Assembly: GCA_041500405.1 (NCBI GenBank) | Contig: JBGQMB010000013.1 | Coordinates: 1 to 27,024 of the forward strand | Origin: Candidatus Micrarchaeia archaeon | Lineage (GTDB): Archaea; Micrarchaeota; Micrarchaeia; Anstonellales; J096 | Direction of reading: 5' to 3' | Length of the DNA stretch: 27,024 nucleotides | Shown: positions 16,460 through 27,024 of the stretch, in pieces | Numbering within the stretch: the stretch's first letter is position 1 | How the letters are laid out: each line of letters starts with the position of its first letter | Made by a program: the position numbers and the translations under genes | Notes under the pieces: generated by a model | Told to the model about the DNA's origin: nothing | Databases searched by the model: none | What the model saw: only the letters and a program-made list of their open reading frames with translations

Positions 16460-18289
16460 TCACCTGAAGAACACCTCGACATATTTTTCCGGATTGCTCG
16501 TTATTATAAATCTTTCATCAGGCAAAAGCTTTTTGTAGTTCTGCCACGCGAACCTCTCATCCATGAATATTATGACCGCCTTGTCAGTTTCCTTCCTTAT
16601 CGCCCTTCCTGCGGACTGCAGCGCCTTGGTGATGGCAGGATATATGTATCCGTATTCCCATCCCTTGCCGAACTTTTTTCCGTAATATTCTATGACCGCA
16701 TCAATTTCCACGCCCATCTCCGCAAGCGCAATGCCGGCCACAACAGCGACCTTTATCTCATTGTTGGAAAAGTCCACGCCTTCGGAGAACGAGCCGCCCT
16801 GCACGACAAGCATGAGCTTTTTGCCTTTCTTGAACTCGTGCGTCATCTCCGCGACCTCTGAAGGCCCGGAGCCCTCCTTCTGGATAAGGCACGGTATTCC
16901 CTTTATCAGCGGGGCAATCTCGTTCATGACCTTGAAGGAAGGGAAGAACACAACGACGCTTCCCGGGCTCCTTTCGTATATCCTCTCAATCTTTGACGCG
17001 TACTTCACGAACTCCTCGAAGACGCGCCTTGTGAACTTTGTCGTCATCCCCTCTGTTATTATCATCATCCTGTTGTCCTTCGGGAACGGGGAGGGATATG
17101 TTTTTGCCACGGCCCTTTTTTTGTCAATGCCGAGCAGGTCAATGTACATGTTCAATGGACTAAGCGTCGCGCTTGCCAAAATCCCGGCCCTGAACTTGTT
17201 GATGTACTTGCTCAATGGCCCCGGGTCCAGGGACCTGCGCGACAGCGAAAACTGGCCCTTTTCCTTCCTGCCAAGTATGTCGACGTGCCCGTCGCCCTGC
17301 GCCAGTGCGAGCTTTTCCATGAACGACGCCGTTTTCAGCAGCGCGCTCTTGCTCCCGGTCTTGAGCACAAACTCGTCCCCTTTTTGCATCAGCGTTTCCA
17401 TAAGGCTGTCAATATCGTAATTCGCGCCCAGCGCCAAAATGAAATCTTCCGCATTGGCCCCAATCTCCCTTTCTTTGCCTATTTTCCTTGATGACCAGTC
17501 AAGCAGGATGTCCGAAAGCCCCAATGGCTCGAACCCGAGCTGCTCAAGCTCCTTGTCCGCCCTTTTCAGCAGGCCTGTCGTCACTGTTGCTGACGCATAG
17601 TCCCTCAGCCTTTTCGGCAGGTTGTGCGCCTCGTCTATTATTATGATTGATTTTGCAGGGTCCTTTTTCGTTTTCGCCAGGAACGTGTCCCTCACTGCCG
17701 GAATGAACAGATGGTAATAGTCCGCAATGACGACGTTGGCCTCCTTTGCCATTTTCATCATGATTTCAAACGGGCAAACCCCGTTCTCCGCGCAAGCGCG
17801 GAAAAGCTCGGAATGGGACGCGTTCTCAATCCTTGGCTTCAATGAGGAAAACAGCGAGGACGCCATCTCCGTCTCCGCCCTGCTGTATCCGGTTGCCTTC
17901 CTGCAGAACTCGCACATCTCGTCCTTTTTCATGGCATTGCACGCGGAGTAGAACGATTCGGTGTCCGCGTTCCTGAGCGCGGGATGGATGCACATGTGCC
18001 TTTTGCCTATCACGTCAACAACTGAAAAGCCCTTGTTATGTTTTTTGTTGATGCCTCTTACGACCTCAAGCCCTATCCTGTGCTGGGATATCTTGGGAGT
18101 CAGGAAAAATACTGTAAGCCCTTCCTTTTCAGCCACAGTAAGCGCCGCCCCCAGCAGGGCATCCGTCTTTCCGAGGCCTGTGGGCGCCTCTGCAAGCAGA
18201 ATATTTCCCCTTTCAAGCGCGTCCAGCGCGTCCTGCGCCAGCTCGCTCTGGTGCTTTCGCAGATGGCTGTGGCGGAACAGGATACCCAT
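16460..18289 (-). CDS. xpd: XPD/Rad3-family ATP-dependent Fe-S DNA helicase
   Basis: Q-motif RKHQ, APTGLGKT, Fe-S cysteines (HMC, SAC, EMC, VCPF), ADYY, IDEAHNL, SATL.P, FFPSF, GSFSEGVDF, QSAGRAIR and DERF. Start at 18289 (alternative GTG at 18313). Confidence 0.93.
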   Translation of the reverse strand: MGILFRHSHLRKHQSELAQDALDALERGNILLAEAPTGLGKTDALLGAALTVAEKEGLTVFFLTPKISQHRIGLEVVRGINKKHNKGFSVVDVIGKRHMCIHPALRNADTESFYSACNAMKKDEMCEFCRKATGYSRAETEMASSLFSSLKPRIENASHSELFRACAENGVCPFEIMMKMAKEANVVIADYYHLFIPAVRDTFLAKTKKDPAKSIIIIDEAHNLPKRLRDYASATVTTGLLKRADKELEQLGFEPLGLSDILLDWSSRKIGKEREIGANAEDFILALGANYDIDSLMETLMQKGDEFVLKTGSKSALLKTASFMEKLALAQGDGHVDILGRKEKGQFSLSRRSLDPGPLSKYINKFRAGILASATLSPLNMYIDLLGIDKKRAVAKTYPSPFPKDNRMMIITEGMTTKFTRRVFEEFVKYASKIERIYERSPGSVVVFFPSFKVMNEIAPLIKGIPCLIQKEGSGPSEVAEMTHEFKKGKKLMLVVQGGSFSEGVDFSNNEIKVAVVAGIALAEMGVEIDAVIEYYGKKFGKGWEYGYIYPAITKALQSAGRAIRKETDKAVIIFMDERFAWQNYKKLLPDERFIITSNPEKYVEVFFR

Positions 18290-18299
18290 TGCCTTATCC

Positions 18300-18806
18300 C
18301 TAATCCTCTTCACGCGGCTTCGAAAGGGCGCATGCCGCGTTTATGGTCATCTCGTCCCTTGCGGCGTCGTATGTTATGATTTCCGCATACCTGCCCCACT
18401 GGATTATCCGCCTGAACTGGAGCTCCGACTCCTTTTCGAAAAGCTCCTTTTCTATCATGCCGAGGAAGTACGCCTTCGGCTTGGGCCCCTCCTTTTTCAG
18501 CACTGAAACGATTTTCCTGAACACCGGCATCCTGCATATCTGCGAGGACATGAGGCTCTTCCTTTTTTCCGGGTTCATCGTGTAGAGCGTCTTTCCCATG
18601 TTTGTTATGTTTATGCAGTCCCTGGTTATCATGGCAAAGCCCAGCAGCTTTGCGGCGTCTATCACCGGGATAAGCTCGTCAATCTCGACGCCGATGTACT
18701 TCTGCAGCTCCTCTATCTTCATGGAGCCATTGTTGTTGTAAAGTATGTCCACAAGCCCCATTATCTCGGTTATGTTTGCGTACGGAACCCATTGCATCCT
18801 GCTCAC
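18300..18806 (-). CDS. Stand-alone C-terminal AAA-associated (winged-helix) domain of NitT/TauT-type ABC ATPases
   Basis: P.A.I..I.GL...L, DELIPVIDAAKLLGFA, RK, P..R.I...L and F..II.WGRYAE...YD match the AAA_assoc_C pattern. GTGA overlap with the ATPase stop. Confidence 0.8.
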   Translation of the reverse strand: MSRMQWVPYANITEIMGLVDILYNNNGSMKIEELQKYIGVEIDELIPVIDAAKLLGFAMITRDCINITNMGKTLYTMNPEKRKSLMSSQICRMPVFRKIVSVLKKEGPKPKAYFLGMIEKELFEKESELQFRRIIQWGRYAEIITYDAARDEMTINAACALSKPREED

Positions 18807-19564
18807 CTCACCATCAGTTCATATATTTTCGAGACGTATTTCTCGACCTTCTCGCTTTTCATCTGCCTTGGCCTTGGCAGGTCTATGTCGAGGACGGCCT
18901 TTATCACGCCCGGCCTGTCGTCAACCACTATTATCCTGTCTGCCATGTAAACGGCCTCCTCTATGCTGTGCGACGTCATAAGTATGCTGTTTGTCGGGAA
19001 CTCCTTGTCCTGCCACAGCGCAAGCAGCTCGTCCCTCATGGACTGCGCGGTCAAAGGGTCAAGGTTCGCGAACGGCTCGTCCATCAGCAGTATCAGCGGC
19101 TCGACCGCAAGCGCCCTTGCTATCCCGACCTTCTGCTTCAATCCCCTTGCAAGCTCGTACGGCTGGGCGTTCTCGTTTCCGTCCAGGCCCATCATCTCAA
19201 CGTATTTCCTTATGCGCGCCTTCTTGTCGTCCTTGCTTATGCTGAGATGGTCCACTGCAAGGTCGATGTTCTCGCATACGCTGAGCCACGGCACAAGCGC
19301 GAAGTCGTGGAACACCATGGAAACAAGGTCGCTCACTTTTGTGGACGCTATGAAAAAGGACAGCTGGCCTTCCGAAACCGTCTCAAGCCCGGCCATCATT
19401 CTCAATAACATGGTCTTTCCTGTTCCGCTCGGCCCGACTATCGCGATTATCTCGTTCTCGTGCAGCGTGAAGCTTATGTCCTTTATTATCCATTTCTCCC
19501 TTCCGTTCTCGTAGAACATCTTGCCCACGTTTTTCAGCGAAACCCATTCCTTTCCGTCTGTCAT
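18803..19564 (-). CDS. NitT/TauT-family ABC transporter ATP-binding protein with degenerate signature motif
   Basis: GPSGTGKT, FALVPWLSV.ENI, GIARALAVEP, LLMDEPF..LDPLTA..MR, SHSIEEAVYMADRI, and PG.I. ATG at 19564 overlaps the permease stop (ATGA). Confidence 0.9.
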   Translation of the reverse strand: MTDGKEWVSLKNVGKMFYENGREKWIIKDISFTLHENEIIAIVGPSGTGKTMLLRMMAGLETVSEGQLSFFIASTKVSDLVSMVFHDFALVPWLSVCENIDLAVDHLSISKDDKKARIRKYVEMMGLDGNENAQPYELARGLKQKVGIARALAVEPLILLMDEPFANLDPLTAQSMRDELLALWQDKEFPTNSILMTSHSIEEAVYMADRIIVVDDRPGVIKAVLDIDLPRPRQMKSEKVEKYVSKIYELMVR

Positions 19565-21120
19565 ACCACCGGACCCCTTCTCCTTATCGACGCCCTCATC
19601 ATCGGCCTTGAAATCGCTATCTGTATCAGCGGAATTATCGTGCATACCGTGAATGCGCACAGGAACATCGTCTTCACATCCCCGTTCGCAAGCGCGTTCT
19701 GTATCAGGCTTCCCATGCCCCACACCTGGAACGTATTGTCCCCCAGCACCACGTATTCAGCGACTATGCTGGTGTTCCATCCGCTCCCCATCGCGGCTAT
19801 CGACCCTATCAGCAGGAAAGGCATTATAAATGGGAGTATCGCCTTTCTAAGGAACCTTTCGTTCCTTATGCCGAAAACGGACTTAAGGTCATAGACATAT
19901 TCAGGCACGGACTTCAGCCCCCCGTAAAGGTTGAAGAACAGGTACCATTCCATGCCCGTCATAAGGAACAGTATGGCGACTATGTCGAAGTTCCCGAAAA
20001 TGGATGCCAAAATGAGGATTATGGGCGGGAATATCGCGGAAACGGGTATGGACGATATGACTTCCGTGTACCTTATGACCGTTTCCTCCAGCTTCTTGTC
20101 CCTTGTTATCAGGTATACGGCAGGGACAACCCAGAGCAGGGACAGCAGGAACGCGATGATTATCCTTGCAAATGAATACGCGAACGCGGAAAGCGTTGTG
20201 GAAATGTCGGAAATGGTTACCGTGGGCAGTATCAGATAGCATACGTACAGGAACATCGCCACTATCGCGGCTATGGAAAGCAGTATGACGTATTTTATGG
20301 CTTCCTTGATTGCTATTATGCCGTTGTTTATGAACGGGCTCCGCGCAGCCGCTGTCACAGGCTCTATGATATGGGTCTCAACCCAATTGGCGGCGAACTT
20401 GGCCAGGCCGGAAAGGTTTATCGGGGACTTCGGGATTGCGTCCAGCATCTTGTCGTATATCATCTCCTCTTTCTTGCCCTTCAAATACCTTGAGGTGAGG
20501 TTCATCAAAGGCCTCCAAATCAGGATATCCATGAATATTATCACTGCTGAGACAAGGAAAATGCCTGTCAATATGCCGCCCGTGTCCCCGTTTTTCGCGG
20601 ACGTCATGATGAAATGCCCTATCCCGTTCAGGCTGAACGTGCTTTGGCCCACTGAGATGACTTCCGTTGCTATAAGGAAATACCATCCCACAGCCCAGGA
20701 CACCATGGAGTTGGAGATAAGCCCCATTGAGATGTACGGAAAATAAATCTTGAACAGCTTGTCCATCTCCGTCACCCTGAACAGCTTGCCCACGTCCTTC
20801 ATGCTTCCCTTTAGGGAGGAGAACCCCTCGTAAACGGAAAATATCATGTTCCAGACCATGCTAGTCACTATCAGGAATATGGCCGCAATCTCAACGCCTA
20901 TCCAGCCCGGGACGTTGTCTATCACGAAGTAAATGACAGGCGGAAAGAAAATCAATATGGGTATCGTCTGCAGCACGTCCACTAGCGGCATCAGCACCCT
21001 TTCTATGATTTTCTCCTTGGCCATGTAATATCCCAGGACCAGCGCAACGACAAGGGATATCAGGTACGCTGCGAACATCCTACCTGTGGATAATGCCAGA
21101 TACAGCAGAACGTCGGCCAT
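19561..21120 (-). CDS. NitT/TauT-family ABC transporter permease with two fused membrane domains
   Basis: First half: STGRMFAAYLISL, DVLQTIP, TSMVWNMIFSVY, SNSMVSWAVGWYFLIATE. Second half: SFARI, SIP..A.FP, GMEWYLFFN...G...VP, GSI.A.G.GWN.SIVAEY. ATG at 21120 fits leaderless spacing from TATA 21150-21144 (alternative start 21129). Confidence 0.9.
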   Translation of the reverse strand: MADVLLYLALSTGRMFAAYLISLVVALVLGYYMAKEKIIERVLMPLVDVLQTIPILIFFPPVIYFVIDNVPGWIGVEIAAIFLIVTSMVWNMIFSVYEGFSSLKGSMKDVGKLFRVTEMDKLFKIYFPYISMGLISNSMVSWAVGWYFLIATEVISVGQSTFSLNGIGHFIMTSAKNGDTGGILTGIFLVSAVIIFMDILIWRPLMNLTSRYLKGKKEEMIYDKMLDAIPKSPINLSGLAKFAANWVETHIIEPVTAAARSPFINNGIIAIKEAIKYVILLSIAAIVAMFLYVCYLILPTVTISDISTTLSAFAYSFARIIIAFLLSLLWVVPAVYLITRDKKLEETVIRYTEVISSIPVSAIFPPIILILASIFGNFDIVAILFLMTGMEWYLFFNLYGGLKSVPEYVYDLKSVFGIRNERFLRKAILPFIMPFLLIGSIAAMGSGWNTSIVAEYVVLGDNTFQVWGMGSLIQNALANGDVKTMFLCAFTVCTIIPLIQIAISRPMMRASIRRRGPVV

Positions 21121-21152
21121 CGTTTCCATTGCGCCTTGAACAGTTATAAACC

Positions 21153-21518
21153 CTACCTGCGGCAGACGTAGACCTTGGCTATGTCCTTATTTTCGCCATA
21201 TGCCGCTATCCTGTATATGCAATTTTCCCTGGGCTTCTTTGCCCCTGCGCTATATCCGCCATACCTTTTGCTTTTGCCGAAATCAGTCCCGTTTATCCAG
21301 CCATAATGGCACACGCCGTTTTCGCAAACTGCGTTGTTCCTTATTATGTTTTCAGACGCTTCCAATAAGTCAAGCACCCTGCCTTTCTGGTATTCCGTTG
21401 CCGCGGCTTCCTCCCTGAAAACCATTGTTGAAAGCCCGATGAAGACTATCACCAGGATAGGCAGCATTGCAGCCAGCGCGTCTATTGAGAAGACAGCCTT
21501 ATTCCCATGCCCTTTCAT
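21153..21518 (-). CDS. Archaeal type IV pilin-like protein (class III signal peptide)
   Basis: MKGHGNKA|VFSIDALAAMLPILVIVFIGL: short basic leader, acidic +5 residue, hydrophobic helix. Four Cys in a small soluble domain. Confidence 0.65.
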   Translation of the reverse strand: MKGHGNKAVFSIDALAAMLPILVIVFIGLSTMVFREEAAATEYQKGRVLDLLEASENIIRNNAVCENGVCHYGWINGTDFGKSKRYGGYSAGAKKPRENCIYRIAAYGENKDIAKVYVCRR

Positions 21519-21831
21519 TCCTGCCCCTCTCCAGGTACTCGCCCCATGTCAAATTGCCCTTCATGCACACCATGTATGCGCTTTGTTCGCTGAGCATTAC
21601 GCTATTCGTTATTATGTATGTTATTCCCGGAAACCCGTTTTCCCATGCCGCGTATTCCGCTGCCTGCTCCGCGCATTCTGCTTTCAGCCCGAGCTTTGAC
21701 ACCGCGTTTCCCGTGTCTTTCGAGATTTGCAGCAGCGCAGAGAACAATATTGCAACAACAGCGACAACTGCCGCAAACGTCAGAAGGAATGACAATGATG
21801 CCTGGCCCTTAGCAGCCCTTGTCGTTCGCAT
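21499..21831 (-). CDS. Archaeal type IV pilin-like protein (class III signal peptide)
   Basis: MRTTRAAKG|QASLSFLLTFAAVVAVVAILF shows the KGQ.SL. prepilin motif followed by a hydrophobic helix. Confidence 0.72.
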   Translation of the reverse strand: MRTTRAAKGQASLSFLLTFAAVVAVVAILFSALLQISKDTGNAVSKLGLKAECAEQAAEYAAWENGFPGITYIITNSVMLSEQSAYMVCMKGNLTWGEYLERGRNERAWE

Positions 21832-22365
21832 AGCGGACCCTTCCCTTGATTTTTTCCATCCTTTCGATTATCCTTTTTCCGTCCTTGAATTCTTTTTCGT
21901 ATGCCTTGAACAATGTCCTTTCATGCTCCCTTAATGAGTAGTAGGATGCGAGCAAATCGTCTGCCATGTCCTCAGTCCTTTTTGACATGAAGCTCAATCC
22001 AAAATCAATTATTTTGTTCCCGATGATGTTTGCCGGGGTTAAATCTCCGTGTATTATTCCGTTTTTGTGCAGCTTTCCCAGCGCTTTTCCTATGTTTTTC
22101 GCGGTTTCCAAAGACGATTCTCCCTTTTTTCCCTTTATTTTTTCCATTATGAAATAATCAGTTCCTTCGCTTATTACTTTAGGCACAGGAAGGCCGATTT
22201 CCTTCGCCTTTTTGAGGATTTTCGCCTCTCTCCTGTTTCTTCCTATCCTTATTTCGGCGTCAATCTCCTTTATCCTGTAGTCCTTCTTTTTCCTGTATTT
22301 TATGATATTGCCCTTTTTCTCGTAGATTTCAGCTTCGGAGCCCTTGGCTATTTTTTTTCCAAAGC

Positions 22366-22369
<4 letters not shown>
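21809..22369 (-). CDS. bud32: KEOPS complex kinase/ATPase Bud32
   Basis: KGSEAEIY, K.R..K.YR..EID..IR..R..REA.IL, VP, ME.I.G, LH..GIIHGDLT..NI, IDFGLS, EDMA.DL and a C-terminal I.GR.RY. Confidence 0.9.
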
Positions 22370-25774
<3,405 letters not shown>

Positions 25775-26218
25775 TTACCTCACCTTTATCTCCTTCCTCG
25801 TATACTTCTCATCTATCTTCTTCGCCAATTCCCTTAGCGCCGTGAACGTCTCCTTTGCCTCGTTTTCCAGTTTGTCGATGTATTGCTCCATGCTTTCCGT
25901 CTCAACCACGTATCTTCCATCAACGTTCCTCACTATGCCGAGTGCCTCCATCCTCCGGAGGTGGTGCAGGCACGTAAGGCGGTTCATGTCGCACTCGTCG
26001 CTCATTGTGGAGCTGGATATGTTCTGGTTTGCGTTCTGCAGCACCCAGCGGAAGACCTGGAGCGCGGTGCGGTTGGTGTCGCGCGCGGAGATGAAGTTGA
26101 GCATCCTCGCGAACTCCTCCATCGGACCCGCAGGGGGCACATCCCCCTTCAGTTCAACGTTTTTCCTGATTCCCCCTGGCGTTATTATTATGCTTATCCG
26201 TCTGTTGCCCAGTGGCAT
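25775..26218 (-). CDS. Winged-HTH (ArsR-like) transcriptional regulator heading the cdc48 operon
   Basis: ISSSTMSDECDMNRLTCLHHLRRMEALGIV....GRY wHTH followed by a coiled-coil tail. Leaderless spacing from TATA 26241-26248. Confidence 0.78.
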   Translation of the reverse strand: MPLGNRRISIIITPGGIRKNVELKGDVPPAGPMEEFARMLNFISARDTNRTALQVFRWVLQNANQNISSSTMSDECDMNRLTCLHHLRRMEALGIVRNVDGRYVVETESMEQYIDKLENEAKETFTALRELAKKIDEKYTRKEIKVR

Positions 26219-26270
26219 GTTAAGATGTTGTTAACAAACATTTATAAATCTTGTTAAGATGATGTTAACA
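26218..26270. promoter_or_regulatory. Twin 19-bp operators TGTTAAGATG(T/A)TGTTAACA flanking the palindromic TATA box TTTATAAA
   Basis: Copies at 26218-26236 and 26252-26270 differ at one base. Each is a TGTTAA-N7-TTAACA inverted repeat. TATA at 26241-26248. Confidence 0.8.
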
Positions 26271-26347
26271 GGATGGAGTAGACTTAATCTAGGAAGAGAT
26301 ATAAATACTTACAAATGAGATTAATTATAGCTGAAATGAGGTGTACA

Positions 26348-26500
26348 ATGAATCGTTATTACAAATATGGGCGTTATTGGTATCCCTCTCGTACGGATGC
26401 AGAACATGATGTACGGCATAATGAAAGGATTTACTACGATAAGGGTATGCGGGCTTACTATATTGTAAGACCCAGAATACATTCTTTTTGGCGTTGGTAA
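26348..26500 (+). CDS. Small Tyr/Arg/Trp-rich protein (50 aa)
   Basis: GAGGTG RBS before the ATG at 26348 and TATAAATA at 26300-26307. Sequence MNRYYKYGRYWYPSRTDAEHDVRHNERIYYDKGMRAYYIVRPRIHSFWRW. Confidence 0.7.
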   Translation: MNRYYKYGRYWYPSRTDAEHDVRHNERIYYDKGMRAYYIVRPRIHSFWRW

Positions 26501-26501
26501 T

Positions 26502-27024
26502 ATGAAAAAGCAACGTACCACAAAATCCGGAGTCTATAAATCAGATTACTGGGAGTTATTATCTAATCTCCAAAAAATTAGAAATTACTATGATGAATTT
26601 GGCGAGGCATGTCCTTCTGAATTATCTTTATATATTAATGATATTGAAAAGAGTAGAGAATACAATCTTGATACTCTTGATTTTTTATTAGACGAATTAG
26701 AAGTAAAAACTAAAGGATTCTGGAAGGAGTTGATATCAAAGTCAGCTGGTTCTCTAATAAATAGCGTAGAAAAGCGTACTACTCGCGGTCAAACATTTGC
26801 CGAAGATTTAATTAAACTCAAGCAAATCCGTGATGAAATCAAATATGCTAGTCTAGACATATTAACACTTAACATAACGTATTCAGATTTGGTTGAGACG
26901 CGGAACAAGATAAAAGAGAAACTCGAACTCGAAGAATTTGAGAATAATCGTTTTTGGCAAGGAATAATTATAGGTGCCGTAGCCGGTTTAATTTTAGGTT
27001 TACTTGTTCCATATCTCTTAGTAT
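26502..27024 (+). CDS. AT-rich helical protein with a hydrophobic TM segment near the window edge, partial (runs off the right edge; not in the ORF track)
   Basis: Manual translation open for 174 codons: MKKQRTTKSGVYKSDYWELLSNLQKIRNYYDEF...KIKEKLELEEFENNRFWQGIIIGAVAGLILGLLVPYLLV. Starts 1 nt after the peptide's stop. Confidence 0.78.
   Translation, partial: MKKQRTTKSGVYKSDYWELLSNLQKIRNYYDEFGEACPSELSLYINDIEKSREYNLDTLDFLLDELEVKTKGFWKELISKSAGSLINSVEKRTTRGQTFAEDLIKLKQIRDEIKYASLDILTLNITYSDLVETRNKIKEKLELEEFENNRFWQGIIIGAVAGLILGLLVPYLLV

Noticed and set aside
26218..26270. Mini CRISPR array or transposon end
   Set aside because: Only two 19-bp copies with a 15-nt spacer containing the TATA box, and no cas or transposase gene; an operator pair fits better.

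Overview
Compact archaeal chromosomal segment, most consistent with a DPANN lineage (Micrarchaeota-like). That assignment is inferred from the split RNA polymerase subunits, TATA-box and mostly leaderless promoters, class III pilins and strong sequence divergence. Left to right: (1) partial AT-rich CBS-domain gene; (2) Fe-S assembly locus with [Lrp/AsnC regulator-sufC] divergent from [sufB-miniature sufD] across a bidirectional TATA box and a perfect palindromic operator; (3) an orphan gene; (4) the RNA polymerase operon rpo5-rpo2N-rpo2C-rpo1N-rpo1C-rpl30e-nusA on the minus strand, lacking the usual S12/S7 and diverged at several conserved motifs; (5) a three-domain fusion of bacterial-type CoaD, an HD phosphohydrolase and archaeal GTP-dependent dephospho-CoA kinase; (6) a coiled-coil protein and a geranylgeranyl-reductase-family flavoprotein; (7) an operon of double-domain ABC permease, degenerate NitT/TauT ATPase, stand-alone AAA-associated domain, XPD helicase and MFS transporter; (8) an operon of wHTH regulator, AT-rich inserted membrane gene, cdc48 (about 150-aa insertion, HbYX tail), membrane protein, bud32 and two pilins, with twin 19-bp operators around its TATA box; (9) an AT-rich island with a 50-aa Tyr/Arg/Trp-rich peptide and a partial membrane-anchored helical protein. 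No tRNA, rRNA, CRISPR array, transposase or integrase was recognised. The best novelty candidates are the CoaD-HD-DPCK fusion, the binding-protein-less degenerate ABC module, the mini-SufD locus, and the regulated cdc48 operon with its inserted cassette. All family assignments come from motif recognition by eye; no database search was run.
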